This document shows, in pieces, positions 1-10,012 of a DNA stretch of 64,000 nt (position 1 is the first letter of the stretch; every line of letters begins with the position of its first letter). Position numbers and translations under genes: made by a program. The stretch is from Bacteroidota bacterium (GTDB lineage Bacteria > Eisenbacteria > RBG-16-71-46 > SZUA-252), in NCBI GenBank assembly GCA_050257045.1, contig JBLMWD010000118.1:34356-98355 (forward strand), given 5' to 3'. The notes beneath the pieces were generated by a model, which worked only from the letters and a program-made list of their open reading frames with translations, did no database searches and was not told the DNA's origin.

Positions 1-746
1 CGGCGTGCGCGATGATCCGGATCGTGTGCGCCCGCGTGTCGAGCGCGGTCAGGACCATCAGGTCGTGCGCCAGGATCGGCTGCATCTCCTCGAACAGGCG
101 CGGGAAGACCTCGGCCACGTCCAGGGAGTGGGCCAGCATCCGGAGCGGCTCCTCGATCCGGTCGATGCGGTCGCGTCGGCGCCGCTCGGCGTCCCAGATG
201 CGCCAGTGCTCGACCGCCGTGCCGAGAAGGGCGGCGATCGGGCGCAGGTGCTCCTGGTGCTCTTCGTTGAAGGTGTTGGGCTGGAACGAGCTGAGCCAGA
301 GACCGCCGCTGAACGCGCCGGTGTTCCGGAACGGCTCCCAGAGGATGGACCGGGCGCCGTTCTTCAGGATCTCCGCGTCGCCCGGGAACGTCGGATCGAG
401 CTCCAGCCGCGCGTCGTCGATCCGGCGAATGGAACCGGGCCGGGGACGCATGCGTTCGGACCAGATCGTCAGGGGAGCGGGCTCGCCGCAGGGGAACTTG
501 GGGTCGACGTTCGCCATCGCGGCCGCGCCGGGACAGGGCTCGAACGTGGCGGCGTGCTTCACCGAACGATCGCCGTCCACGATCCGGACCACGCCCATGT
601 GATCGAACGGAATCACCTGGCGGACCGCGGCTGCGACGCGGCCGAAGACCTCCTGGAGCTCGAGCGTCTCCGAGGCGATCGCGGCGATTTCGGACAGGAC
701 CCCGGTGAGCGACTGGGGATCCGCCGGCGGAGCGGCGACACTCATG
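1..746 (-). CDS. GAF-domain containing regulatory/sensor protein, N-terminal part (gene continues beyond window start)
   Basis: Reverse-strand ORF not in track. ATG at ~746 (MSVAAPPADPQSLTGVLSEIAAIASETLELQEVFGRVAAAVRQVIPFDHMGVVRIV...) runs off the window edge. Composition is protein-like and GAF-like, in contrast to the Arg-rich plus-strand ORF 5..982. Confidence 0.5.
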
Positions 747-874
747 ATTTGCGCCCTTGGATTTACGGAGAGGCAACACTCATGGTTGCACCCTTAGATG
801 TGCGTCCCCGTTTCCGGACTCAGACTTTTTGTCAGGTCCGGCGCCACGCGCGCCCTCTCGTTGCGGGGCTCGAG

Positions 875-1855
875 TTATCTCGCCCGCTCCTCCAGTCTCG
901 CGAGCAGCGATCCCGTGTCGTCGTAGAGCTCGAGCTCCCGCCCCATGACGCGATACGTACGGGTACGGTCGAGCGCGCGTAGGAAGGCTCGCTCCGTGTC
1001 CATCGAAGGGCACGACATCATGGTCGACGCGAGGGTGTGGATGCGCAGGCTGGTCCCGGTCACCTCGTAGCCGCCCGTGATCCGGTTGCACCCGCCGGAG
1101 CCGTCGATGTGGCTCGAGCGCGGATCGAACTCGATCCAGGGCTCCTGCCCCGACCCGTTCACGTTCCGCCCGCCGATCTGGACGGGGCGCCAACGCGCGC
1201 CTTCGAGGGCGGCCCGCTGCTCCTCCGCCGCACGGCCGCCGCGATCGCGCTCGCTCACGCGCGTGCGCTCGCGCTCGGCCTGCGTTCGATCGCTCTCGCG
1301 GGAACGTTCGCGTTCGTTCTCCCGCGCGCGGTAGGCCTCGCGGTCGCGGTCGATCTCGCGCTCGCGGTCGCCACGGCGTTCCATCTCGTGGCCCCGCTCT
1401 CCTCCCTGGGCCTCGTACTCCACGGAACTCATCACGAGCGTGGCCCGGCTGCCGTGCCCGCGCGTCAGCACGGGAATCGCGCGATCGCTCGAGAGCCGCA
1501 CCCGGCCCTCTTCGCGGATCACCGCGCGCACCACGTACGCGCGGGCGGGATCGATGCGGCGCGGGTTGTACCGGATCGAGAACGCGATGGGGGTGCGGCC
1601 GAAGTTGGGCTGCTGGTCGTGGCCGATGACCCGCCCGGGCTGATCCGGACGCGCCACTTCTTCCAGGGTCGCCTCGAACGTGGCCGATGGAGCGAACGTC
1701 ATCCGTCCACGATAGGTCGCGGTGCCGGTGACCTCGGCCTTCGAGGGCCGCGGCTTGGCCGAGACCTTGGTCTTGGGATGCTTGGGGGCCGACGACGCGG
1801 GCGGCGCCACGGCGGCGAGGGCGAATACGATCAGCAGGACGACACGCGGGAACAT
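875..1855 (-). CDS. Secreted YbaY-like lipoprotein domain fused via an Arg/Glu/Asp-rich linker to a META (HslJ-like, DUF306) domain
   Basis: Signal peptide MFPRVVLLIVFALAAVA. N-terminal region resembles the YbaY family. About 75 aa of RE/RD low complexity follows. C-terminal CNRITGGYEVTGTSLRIHTLASTMMSCP...FLRAL...YRVMGRELELYD is the META domain signature. Confidence 0.7.
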   Translation of the reverse strand: MFPRVVLLIVFALAAVAPPASSAPKHPKTKVSAKPRPSKAEVTGTATYRGRMTFAPSATFEATLEEVARPDQPGRVIGHDQQPNFGRTPIAFSIRYNPRRIDPARAYVVRAVIREEGRVRLSSDRAIPVLTRGHGSRATLVMSSVEYEAQGGERGHEMERRGDREREIDRDREAYRARENERERSRESDRTQAERERTRVSERDRGGRAAEEQRAALEGARWRPVQIGGRNVNGSGQEPWIEFDPRSSHIDGSGGCNRITGGYEVTGTSLRIHTLASTMMSCPSMDTERAFLRALDRTRTYRVMGRELELYDDTGSLLARLEERAR

Positions 1856-1983
1856 GAAAGCCTCCTTTCCCCCGGGTTGCGGGGGCTACGGGGCGGCAGT
1901 ATAGGCTGCATCGGCCCCTTCACCCAACAGGCCCGACTTCGGCCGAAAGGACTGGGGTGCCGCCCTGCCCGCGAGACGAGCGG

Positions 1984-2799
1984 TCAGCGGTTCTCGCGCG
2001 CCTGCAGGAGTAGGAGCACGGTGGCCGCGGTCGTGACCGCCCAAAGCGCGCCCCAGAGCGGCACCTCGCCCGGAGCCTTCGTGATGGCGAGCGCCACGAA
2101 CAGGGCCGCGTTCACGGCGAGCACGAGGAGATAGAGCGAGGCCTGGACTCCGGCGATGGCTCCGATCACGAGCCCCCAGGGGGATCGGCGCCAGAGCAGC
2201 ACGCCGCTCGTCGCGAGCGCCGGAACCATGAGCGTGAGATCCATCGCCGCGATCAGGCGGAATGCCTCGGGAGGAACCGGGGTGGGCCGGCCGGCGAACA
2301 CATGCGCCGCCCAGGTCCCGATCCAGACGACGACGAGCCCCGCCGCGACGAAGAGGAAGTAGGCGCCGACGGTCCGCGCCGCCGCGCCGGACCCCGCGCC
2401 CAGCTCGTCCGCGCCGGTTCCCCACAGCGCGAGACCCAGGGCGAGGGACGACACGAGGAACGCCAGCACGTAGAGCGGGAAGAACGGATTCAGCGCCGCG
2501 CCGAAGAGGTAGAAGGCGTCGTTGTAGACCGCGTATCCCAGACTCCCCATCCAGAGGAGCCGTCCGACGCTCGAGCCCTGGCCGGTGAGGACGAGTCCCC
2601 GGACCAGCACCGGAAGGAAGGCCGTCAGCGTGACGAGGTCGTTGCCGAACCAGGTCTCGCGCACGTAGCCGAGATCCCGATACTGGCCGGGGAGCGCGAG
2701 GCCGAGCACCGACTGCGCGGCCATCAGCAGGGCCAGCGCGATCGAGAGCCGATAGGAAGCGTTCAACGCGACCTCGTCCACACGTCCGTTCCGCGCCAT
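1984..2799 (-). CDS. Multi-pass integral membrane protein, function unknown
   Basis: 271 aa with about 8 hydrophobic helices ([19 protein letters not shown]..., [16 protein letters not shown]...). The overlapping ORFs in other frames are Arg/Pro-rich artefacts. Confidence 0.55.
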   Translation of the reverse strand: MARNGRVDEVALNASYRLSIALALLMAAQSVLGLALPGQYRDLGYVRETWFGNDLVTLTAFLPVLVRGLVLTGQGSSVGRLLWMGSLGYAVYNDAFYLFGAALNPFFPLYVLAFLVSSLALGLALWGTGADELGAGSGAAARTVGAYFLFVAAGLVVVWIGTWAAHVFAGRPTPVPPEAFRLIAAMDLTLMVPALATSGVLLWRRSPWGLVIGAIAGVQASLYLLVLAVNAALFVALAITKAPGEVPLWGALWAVTTAATVLLLLQARENR

Positions 2800-2914
2800 C
2801 GATCCGTCTCCATGCCAGCACGAGCCGCGATCGCGGGATTATAGAGGAGGTGACATCGGCCGCCGTTTCGCGTTAGATGCGGCGGTCGCCCTTCACACGT
2901 CCTGGAGAGAGATC

Positions 2915-3688
2915 GTGCCCGCCGATCCGCTGGATTTCTCCGGTCGCGTGGTCCTCGTGACCGGCGCCTCGGCCGGGATCGGGCGCGCCGTCGCCCGGCA
3001 ATTCGCCGACCGAGGCGCCCGCGTCGCGGTTCACTACCACGCGAACCGCGCCGCCGCGGAGCGGACCCTGGCCGGTCTCTCCGGCGGCCCGCACCTGCTC
3101 GCGCAGGCGGATCTCGCCGACCCCGAGGCGGCGGAACCGCTCGTGCGCTCGGTCGTCGAGCAGCTCGGCGGCCTCCACGTGCTCGTGAACAACGCGGGCA
3201 TCTTCCCCGAGCATCCGATGCGGGACGTCGGGTACGAAGCCTGGCGCGACACGTTCCAGCGCACCATCGCCACGAATCTCCTCGGGCCCGCCTACCTCAC
3301 CTACTGGGCGGCCGACCACATGATCGGGCACGGAGGGGGGCGGGTGGTGAACGTCTCCTCGCGCGGCGCCTTCCGGGGCGAGCCGCGGATGCCGGCGTAC
3401 GGGGCGAGCAAGGCCGGGCTGAACGCGCTGAGTCAGTCGCTCGCGAAGGCGCTCGCGCCGCACGGCGTCTTCGTCTACGTCGTCGCCCCGGGCTGGGTCG
3501 CGACGGAAGCGGCGAGCGAGGCGCTGGGCGGCCCCGAAGGAGACGCGATCCGGAGCGACAGCCCGCTGGGGCGCGTGGCCCGCCCCGAGGAGGTCGCCTA
3601 CACCGTTCTCTTCCTGGCGTCGGAAGGCGCGGAGTTCCTCACCGGCGCGATCGTGGACGTGAACGGGGCGTCCTACCTCCGGTCGTGA
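2915..3688 (+). CDS. SDR family oxidoreductase (3-oxoacyl-ACP reductase FabG-like)
   Basis: GTG start. [10 protein letters not shown] Rossmann motif, NNAG motif, catalytic S...YGASKAG (YxxxK) motif. 257 aa. Confidence 0.9.
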   Translation: MPADPLDFSGRVVLVTGASAGIGRAVARQFADRGARVAVHYHANRAAAERTLAGLSGGPHLLAQADLADPEAAEPLVRSVVEQLGGLHVLVNNAGIFPEHPMRDVGYEAWRDTFQRTIATNLLGPAYLTYWAADHMIGHGGGRVVNVSSRGAFRGEPRMPAYGASKAGLNALSQSLAKALAPHGVFVYVVAPGWVATEAASEALGGPEGDAIRSDSPLGRVARPEEVAYTVLFLASEGAEFLTGAIVDVNGASYLRS

Positions 3689-5385
3689 GCCCGGCGCGCC
3701 CGAAGCGTCGAACGCAGGCCCCGGCGCGCCGGCCGAGCCTGGAACCGGCCGAGGCGCCCGTCGTCGAGATCGCCGACTGGCGCCTCGCGGCCGCCATGGC
3801 CGTCGCCGGCGTCGTCGCGTTCCTCGTCTTCCGCGGGACCTTCGGCCACGGGTTCGTGAACTGGGACGATGGCATCTACGTCTACGAGAACCCGGCGTTG
3901 CGGCATCTCTCGTCGCAGACGCTCGCGTGGTTCTTCACCCGCTTCTACTACTTCGCCTACATTCCGGTCACCCTCTCGAGCTACGCCTTCGACGTGATCG
4001 CGTGGGGCGCGGGCCCGCGCGGGCACCACCTGGCGAACGTCCTCCTGCACGCGGCGAACGCGGCATGGATCGTGTTCCTTGGTGTCGCGCTCTCGGCATG
4101 GGGACGGCCGCGCGCGGGCGCGCGAGCGACGGAGCCCTCGGGCGGACACGCCGCCGCGCTCTGGGGCGCCGGCGCGGCCGCGCTGCTCTGGGCGGTCCAT
4201 CCACTGCGCGCGGAGTCGGTCGCCTGGATCTCCGATCGGAAGGACCTCCTCTGCGCGTTCTTCCTCCTGCCGGCCACGATTGCGTATATCGCGGCGCGCG
4301 AAGGCGCGCCGCGAAGAGGACTCTGGCTCACTGTCTCGTTCCTGTGCTTCTTCCTCGCGGCGCTCTCCAAGGCGAACGCCGTGGTCTTCCCCGTCGTGCT
4401 CCTCCTCCTCGACTGGATGAACGGACGGAGGGGCTGGGAGCTCCTGGTCGAGAAGATCCCGTTCTTCGTCGTGGCCGCGGCGATCGCCGGCGTGACGCTC
4501 GCGATGACGCCCCATACCCGACCGACGACCACGGTCGCACAACTCACGGGAGTCACGCGCGCGCTCCTCCCCTTCCACTCCCTGGCGTACTCGCTCTTCC
4601 AGACGGCGGCGCCGGCGCGCTTGAGCCCGATCTACCCCTCCGCGCGGCTCGGATGGAGCCTCGCGGCTGGCGTCGTGCTGGCCGCGATCACCCTGCTCGC
4701 GATCGCGCGCGCGCGACGCGGCCGGAAGGGACTCCTCGCGGCCTGGCTCGCCTACCTGGTCGTGCTCGCGCCGAACGTGATCGGGGTGGGATCGGGGTTG
4801 CAGCCGGTGGCGGACCGCTATTCCTATCTCGCGACGATCCCCTTGTTCGTGCTCGCCGGGTTCGGGATCGCCGTCGTGTGGGAGCGCGCGGGCGCGTGGC
4901 GGCGCGTCGCGCTCGGCGCGGTGCTGGCGTGCGTCCTCGTCCTGCTCGGCGCCCTCGCGGCGCGGCAAGCCGGCCTCTGGCGCTCGTCCGAATCGCTCTG
5001 GGCTTACGTCATCCGCGAATTCCCGCCCACGGCCGACTATATCGATGCCTACGTCAACCTGAGCGCGGCGTACGACCGCGAGGGAAAGCGCGCCGAGGCA
5101 AAGCGGGTGCTGGAGCGGGCGGCGGCCATCGATCCGCGGAGCGCGAAGGTCCAGTACAACCTGGGCATCGTCTCGTACTTCCTCGGCGACCGGGCCCGCG
5201 CGCTCGCGTGCCTTCGCCGCGCGACGGAGCTCGATTCGACCGACGCGATGGCGTTCTACAACCGCGCGCTGATCTCGGGAGAGGCGGGGTATGTCGAGGA
5301 GAGCGTGACCTCGATGACGCGCGCGGCGCGGATGGGCCTCCTGGACGCCCAGGAGGCCCTCCACAACCGCGGCATGAGCTGGTAG
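3685..5385 (+). CDS. GT-C fold (DUF1736/PMT-like) membrane glycosyltransferase with C-terminal TPR repeats (TMTC-like); paralog of 39762..41759
   Basis: GTG start overlapping the SDR stop (GTGA). N-terminus MSPARPKRR. First loop carries [12 protein letters not shown], the DD/DE motif of GT-C enzymes. About 11 TM helices, then TPR repeats ([40 protein letters not shown]...). Confidence 0.8.
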   Translation: MSPARPKRRTQAPARRPSLEPAEAPVVEIADWRLAAAMAVAGVVAFLVFRGTFGHGFVNWDDGIYVYENPALRHLSSQTLAWFFTRFYYFAYIPVTLSSYAFDVIAWGAGPRGHHLANVLLHAANAAWIVFLGVALSAWGRPRAGARATEPSGGHAAALWGAGAAALLWAVHPLRAESVAWISDRKDLLCAFFLLPATIAYIAAREGAPRRGLWLTVSFLCFFLAALSKANAVVFPVVLLLLDWMNGRRGWELLVEKIPFFVVAAAIAGVTLAMTPHTRPTTTVAQLTGVTRALLPFHSLAYSLFQTAAPARLSPIYPSARLGWSLAAGVVLAAITLLAIARARRGRKGLLAAWLAYLVVLAPNVIGVGSGLQPVADRYSYLATIPLFVLAGFGIAVVWERAGAWRRVALGAVLACVLVLLGALAARQAGLWRSSESLWAYVIREFPPTADYIDAYVNLSAAYDREGKRAEAKRVLERAAAIDPRSAKVQYNLGIVSYFLGDRARALACLRRATELDSTDAMAFYNRALISGEAGYVEESVTSMTRAARMGLLDAQEALHNRGMSW

Positions 5386-5877
5386 CTAGGCGGCCAGCTT
5401 CACTCCGAGCAGGTTCCGCAGCTCCCGCCGCACCTTGGCGAGCGGCGGGTCCGCCGACTGCGATGCGACCGCGCCCGCCGCCTCGGCGCACGTGGTCCAG
5501 ACCCAGGTCGCCCGGGGCGTGGGAACGATCAGGACGCCGGTGAACCGAATGGCGGATCCTTCGACCCGCCTGGAGATGAACGCGACCGCGCGCCCCTCGA
5601 GATGATCCAGCATCTCCGTTTCGACCAGCTCCGATTCCATGCGCTCGGCCAGCGTCCCGCAGTGCCGGCGCACCGCCGGCTCGTCACCGAGATCGGGAAG
5701 CCCGAGGTCGGAGAGGGTCCGCACCAGGCCGAGATAGTTTCCATCGAGGTTCTGCCAGACTTCCATGCCGCAACCGTGCTGGACATCCCTCCAGCCGGGC
5801 ACGACGACGTCGAGCGTGCCCGCGCACGTCCGGCATTCGATGAAGCGCTGAGGGCGACGGAGTCCGCACGCAGTCAT
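5386..5877 (-). CDS. Hypothetical protein, last gene of the thiolase/DUF35 operon
   Basis: In-frame ATG (MTACGLRRPQRFIECRTCAGT...) lies within the tail of the artefactual 1016-aa ORF, 15 nt downstream of the DUF35 stop. Cys-rich N-terminus with CRTC motif. No family recognised. Confidence 0.35.
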   Translation of the reverse strand: MTACGLRRPQRFIECRTCAGTLDVVVPGWRDVQHGCGMEVWQNLDGNYLGLVRTLSDLGLPDLGDEPAVRRHCGTLAERMESELVETEMLDHLEGRAVAFISRRVEGSAIRFTGVLIVPTPRATWVWTTCAEAAGAVASQSADPPLAKVRRELRNLLGVKLAA

Positions 5878-5891
5878 ACGCCCCTCCCCGA

Positions 5892-6419
5892 TCAGATCAA
5901 CTCCCAGCCGAGGTCGAGACAGGTGTGGGTCGCCTGGGCTCCGGTGCGGAAGACGGCCCGGACCTTGTCGCCGATCTTGATGGGACGCCGGTCGAGGAGG
6001 TAGCTCTTCACGATCGTGCCGACCCCCTCGATCTTCACGTCGATCTGGTAGTACGGACACTCGATCTCGAGCCCCGTACCGCCGCGCTCGACGTAGGTGT
6101 AGGTATAGATGTATCCCTCGGGCCGCTTGATCTCCTGCCACGCCATCGGCTGATGGCAGTCGGGGCAGTCGGCGCGCGGCGGAAGCCAGAGCTCGCCCTT
6201 CCCCTTCGAGATCGGGCACTTGGGATGGACGCAGCGGGTCGCCATGAGGCGCCCCTCGGTGAGCCCCTTGAAGTACGGCGTGAGGAGCCCGTACGTGTGG
6301 AAATGGGTTCCCTCGGCTCCGAATCGCGGAAAGTGCAGGATCCAGGAGCCGTTCTCTTCGGTGATCTTCGACGGGGTGGTCTTCAGCTGCACCCCTTTTC
6401 CCGCAGCTACCGTCTCCAT
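5892..6419 (-). CDS. DUF35 Zn-ribbon/OB-fold protein (thiolase partner subunit)
   Basis: CVHPKCPISKGKGELWLPPRADCPDCHQ zinc ribbon plus OB-fold. It sits immediately downstream of the thiolase-like gene, the usual arrangement. Confidence 0.85.
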   Translation of the reverse strand: METVAAGKGVQLKTTPSKITEENGSWILHFPRFGAEGTHFHTYGLLTPYFKGLTEGRLMATRCVHPKCPISKGKGELWLPPRADCPDCHQPMAWQEIKRPEGYIYTYTYVERGGTGLEIECPYYQIDVKIEGVGTIVKSYLLDRRPIKIGDKVRAVFRTGAQATHTCLDLGWELI

Positions 6420-6428
6420 CGCGCCCTC

Positions 6429-7829
6429 CTACCAGGAACGTTCCAGGACCGTGCACACCACGTGGCTGCCGACGCCCGCGTGCGAGATCGCCATTCCGCG
6501 CCGCGGGTTCTGCACCTGCAGGCTCTTCCAGTCGGCGGGTTTCTCCTTGCCGTAGCGCTCCCAGAGCTTCGGATCGCCGTGGAACTGGTCGTATTTCCCC
6601 TGCAGCTGCCAGAAGACCTCGCCCGCCTGGAAGATGCCGGTCGCGCCGACCGCGTGCATCGTCCCGAGCAGGCCGCCCGAGAGATTCGACGGGCACTTGC
6701 CCGGCTTTCCGGTCTTGGGATTGTCGAGGTAGCAATCGCCGGAGGTGACGTAGTCCTGCTCCCTGCCGTAGAGCGTGAGGCCGACGTCGCCGTAGGTCTG
6801 GAGGTCGGAGATCGTGAACGCGTCGTGCGTCTCGACCAGGTCGAGGTCCTCGATCGGATTCTTCACGCCGGCCATCCCGTACGCCATGTAGGCGGCGAAG
6901 CGCGTCGCGCCGAAGCTCTCGAACCCCGGCCAGCGCCCGTCGGCCTTCTCCATCTCCTTGTAGAGGGAGCGGTACCCTTCCTCGGTCTCGTTCGGGAGAA
7001 GGAGGATCCGCATCGGCCGCCGGTCGCCCGCGCGGAGCGTGTGCGAGCCGCCCGCGGCGTAGACGCGAACCGGGTGGTCGCTGAGCTTGTGGGCGACCTC
7101 CTCGGAGCAGAGGAGGACGGCCGAGGAGCCGACGCTCATCGCGCAGCATTCGAGGAAGCGGAGCGGGTCGGAGACGATCTCGCCGCTCAGCACCTCGTCG
7201 ACCGTGTGCTTGCCGGCCTGCTGGGCATAGGGCGAGAAGCGGGCGTACCCGCGGTTCTTCACCGCGATCTCGGCGCGCACGCGCTCGTCCACGTGGTACA
7301 TCTCCTGGAAGCGCCGCGCCATCGGGGCGTAGTAGCTCGCGTAGTTCCGCGCGAGGCGCGTCTCGAAGTCCTTGCAGGCGGCCGAGGCGATGTAGTAGTT
7401 CCCCGTCCAGGTCTTCACCTCGTCCATCCGCTCCCACCCGAGCACCAGCGTGCAGTCGGCCATGCCGCTCGCCACCGTGGTCGCGCCCATCAGGAGGGTG
7501 GAGCCGCCGGTCGCGCCGCCCGTCTTGATCCCCACGTTCGGGAGCGGATCGAGCCCCAGGTAGTCGTGGACCTTGGCCTCGCAGAGGAGCTGGTCCTGGA
7601 AGTGATCGGCGAACTCGCCGTAGCAGGCGAAGTTGATCAGCCCCTTCACCTCGAGCGGATCGAGCTTGAGGTCGTTCTCCTCGAGCATCATCCGGAACGC
7701 CATCATGGCCAGCTCGTCCAGCTTCTTCTCCGGATACCGCTTCCGGAAATCGCTGGTCCCCGCCGCGACCATGTAGACGGGCCGGGTCCACTTGGGAATG
7801 CGTAGATTGCCCTGCTTGAATTCGATCAT
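6429..7829 (-). CDS. Thiolase-like (SCP-x type) acetyl-CoA C-acyltransferase domain protein
   Basis: 466 aa. Thiolase fold motifs (GGATGGSTLLMGA..., CAMSVGSSAVLL, GGLLGTMHAVGATG). Paired with the DUF35 gene. Confidence 0.85.
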   Translation of the reverse strand: MIEFKQGNLRIPKWTRPVYMVAAGTSDFRKRYPEKKLDELAMMAFRMMLEENDLKLDPLEVKGLINFACYGEFADHFQDQLLCEAKVHDYLGLDPLPNVGIKTGGATGGSTLLMGATTVASGMADCTLVLGWERMDEVKTWTGNYYIASAACKDFETRLARNYASYYAPMARRFQEMYHVDERVRAEIAVKNRGYARFSPYAQQAGKHTVDEVLSGEIVSDPLRFLECCAMSVGSSAVLLCSEEVAHKLSDHPVRVYAAGGSHTLRAGDRRPMRILLLPNETEEGYRSLYKEMEKADGRWPGFESFGATRFAAYMAYGMAGVKNPIEDLDLVETHDAFTISDLQTYGDVGLTLYGREQDYVTSGDCYLDNPKTGKPGKCPSNLSGGLLGTMHAVGATGIFQAGEVFWQLQGKYDQFHGDPKLWERYGKEKPADWKSLQVQNPRRGMAISHAGVGSHVVCTVLERSW

Positions 7830-7995
7830 GAGCTCCTCCGGAGGATGTGGCGCGGCGCTCGAGGCCGTGGTTCACCCCGTCGGAGTCTAGCGAGGGGTTC
7901 CGGCGGTGGCCCCCCCTACGGAAGGACCACCCGGAGGTATCTCGATGGCTCCCCACGCGGCGGCGGAAGGGAATCGCGCGCGCGCCCGCTGCTAT

Positions 7996-8481
7996 GCTCT
8001 GCGCATGCCCGATCCGGCCGGCCTCATGCGCCAGCTCCGCGACCACGCCCTCCGCGCCACCGCCGAGGAGCTGGACCTCGCCCCGACCGAAGCGCGCCCG
8101 CGCGTCTGGGGCGCGCTCATGGAGCTCGGCTATCCCACCGGGATCGCCACGCTGATGACCCTCGCCGAGGGGACGACGAGCCTCTATTTCAGCAACGGCG
8201 GCGGGGTGATCGGGGCGGGAGAGCACGAGTCGGTGCGGGAAGCGGCGGAAGCCTTCCTCGACGCGGTCGAGGCGCAGCTCGCCGAATTCCGGCCGGTCGA
8301 GGAGACCCCGCGGCCGCGCATCGGGCGCGTGCGGCTCTACGTGCGGACGTTCGAGGGGACGCTCGGGATCGAGGCGACCGACGAGGAGCTGAGCCGGGGC
8401 GTCCATCCGCTCTCGGCCGTTTTCCACGCCGGCCACGCCGTGATCACGGCGATCCGGCTTTCCGGGGATCCACCGGGCTGA
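7996..8481 (+). CDS. Hypothetical protein
   Basis: Protein-like composition from internal ATG (MPDPAGLMRQLRDHALRATAEELDL...GIATLMTLAEGTTSLYFSNGGGVIGAGEHESV...). Competing ORFs are Arg-rich artefacts. Confidence 0.4.
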   Translation, partial: ALRMPDPAGLMRQLRDHALRATAEELDLAPTEARPRVWGALMELGYPTGIATLMTLAEGTTSLYFSNGGGVIGAGEHESVREAAEAFLDAVEAQLAEFRPVEETPRPRIGRVRLYVRTFEGTLGIEATDEELSRGVHPLSAVFHAGHAVITAIRLSGDPPG

Positions 8482-9499
8482 CCCCGCCCCGAATCACCCG
8501 CCGCACCCCGAGCAGCACCGTCAACGCGACGATCACGATGACCAGGACCCACACGCGTCCGATCCACGCGTTCAGCGAGGCGGCCACCGCGCGCTGATCG
8601 GCTCCCGCGTGGAGGGGATCGGCGAGGACGATCCAGTCCGCCGCGCGGAGCGAGAGCGAGAACAGCACGAGGAACATCCCGCCGAAGGCGGCGTGGGCGA
8701 TCTCGCGGAATCGCGCCCAGCCGGGCCGGACGAGGTTGACCAGGGACGGGATCAGGCTCGCGGCCACGAGGACCAGGAACGGTGTGTAGAACGCGTTCCA
8801 GGCGGGCCCCATCCGCAGGAACCCGATCGCCTCGGGGCTGAAGATCGAGCGCACGACGTGTCGCACGGCAAGCCACCAGAGGAAGCCGACGATGCCGATG
8901 GTCAGCTCGAACACCGAGAGTAGCCGAGGCACCCGCGGGTAGGCCTTTCCGACGACGTGGATGGCAAGGGCGTCGAGCCCCCGCGCCCGGGGAGCCTCCG
9001 CCCGCGCCGGGAACGGAGCGCCGGTCGCGGGATCCCACTGGTCCGGATGCTTCGTCAGCCGCATCTGTGCGCCGACGAAGATGGCCGTCACGAGCGTGAA
9101 CTGGACCACGACGTTCCAGAGAACGGCGGAGAGGACCGATCCGAGGCCGTGCCGCGAGACCGACAGGGCGACCGCCGCGGCCAGCACGACGGCGGTCACG
9201 ATGCCGTTGATCGTGAGCACCTTGGCGTAGATCGGAAATAGCTCCGGCCCGATCCATTGCCGGCCGAAGGAAAGGGTCCCCCGCTCGCCGCGATACCGGC
9301 TCGCCACGATCATCGGGTGCCCGTGCGCCTTGAGGATCGCCTCCTGGTCGGCGCGCGTGAGCGGGTGCCCGATCTCCGCCTCCTTGTCCTCCATCTGCGA
9401 GCGGAGATTGTCCGAGAGCTCCCGGACGATGTCGTCACGCTGGTCCTTCGGCAGATTGGCTCTGACGACGCGCAGGTATTGCTCGAGCAATTCCATCAC
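8444..9499 (-). CDS. Membrane protein with N-terminal HAAS/DUF1700-like cytoplasmic domain (PadR-associated sensor-type partner)
   Basis: MMELLEQYLRVVRANLPKDQRDDIVRELSDNLRSQ is the helical domain typically encoded after PadR regulators, followed by 6 or more TM helices. ATGA overlap with the upstream PadR gene. Confidence 0.65.
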   Translation of the reverse strand: MMELLEQYLRVVRANLPKDQRDDIVRELSDNLRSQMEDKEAEIGHPLTRADQEAILKAHGHPMIVASRYRGERGTLSFGRQWIGPELFPIYAKVLTINGIVTAVVLAAAVALSVSRHGLGSVLSAVLWNVVVQFTLVTAIFVGAQMRLTKHPDQWDPATGAPFPARAEAPRARGLDALAIHVVGKAYPRVPRLLSVFELTIGIVGFLWWLAVRHVVRSIFSPEAIGFLRMGPAWNAFYTPFLVLVAASLIPSLVNLVRPGWARFREIAHAAFGGMFLVLFSLSLRAADWIVLADPLHAGADQRAVAASLNAWIGRVWVLVIVIVALTVLLGVRRVIRGGVSPVDPRKAGSP

Positions 9500-9858
9500 C
9501 GATTCTCCTTCACGATCCGGACGACGGAGGCGTGGATCCGCTGCATCTCATCGCACAGGAGGCCGAGGATCCGCTTTCCTTCCGCCGAGAGCCGGTAGAA
9601 ACGCTTGTTCCGCTTGTCCTCCTCCCGCCATTCGCTCTCCAGCAGCCCCTGCGACTCGAGACGCCGGAGGAGCGGGTAGAGCGTGTTCTCCTCGATGTCG
9701 AGGCCCTGCTCGGCCAGCGCCCTCCGGAGGGCGTAGCCGTAGCGCTCCTCGCGCAGATGGGCGAGCACGGCGACGATCAACGTGCCGCGGCGCAGCTCCA
9801 GGCGGAGGTTCTCGAACAGCTCAGAGTCGGTCTTCTGGGCGCGGTTCATGTGTACCAC
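9496..9858 (-). CDS. PadR family transcriptional regulator
   Basis: LIVAVLAHLREERYGYALRRALAEQGLDIEENTLYPLLRRLESQGLLESEWREEDKRNKRFYRLSAEG is the canonical PadR winged helix. GTG at 9858 or ATG at 9849. Confidence 0.85.
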   Translation of the reverse strand: MVHMNRAQKTDSELFENLRLELRRGTLIVAVLAHLREERYGYALRRALAEQGLDIEENTLYPLLRRLESQGLLESEWREEDKRNKRFYRLSAEGKRILGLLCDEMQRIHASVVRIVKENR

Positions 9859-9879
9859 ATACTGTATACCACACAGTAT
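9859..9879. promoter_or_regulatory. Perfect inverted repeat ATACTGT-N7-ACAGTAT immediately upstream of the PadR start; candidate PadR autoregulatory operator
   Basis: Read directly: catgtgtaccacATACTGTataccacACAGTATtgtttg. It is an AT-rich island in GC-rich DNA, and the palindrome geometry resembles PadR operators. Confidence 0.45.
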
Positions 9880-10012
9880 TGTTTGTCAAGAGGGGCGCGG
9901 CTCAGTGCTACCAAGGGCGCATTGTGGGTTGGCGCCCGCCAGCCGATGCTCCGCGCACGGGGGGACATCGGCAGACCTCGTTCACGGCATCCGGTCCGAG
10001 GAGGTATCCCCC

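Noticed and set aside
5386-8436. 1016-aa minus-strand ORF spanning the thiolase/DUF35 region
   Set aside because: Its sequence is Arg-rich and low complexity. It runs out of frame across the well-supported thiolase and DUF35 genes. Only its last about 164 codons (5386..5877) look protein-like and were kept as a separate low-confidence CDS.
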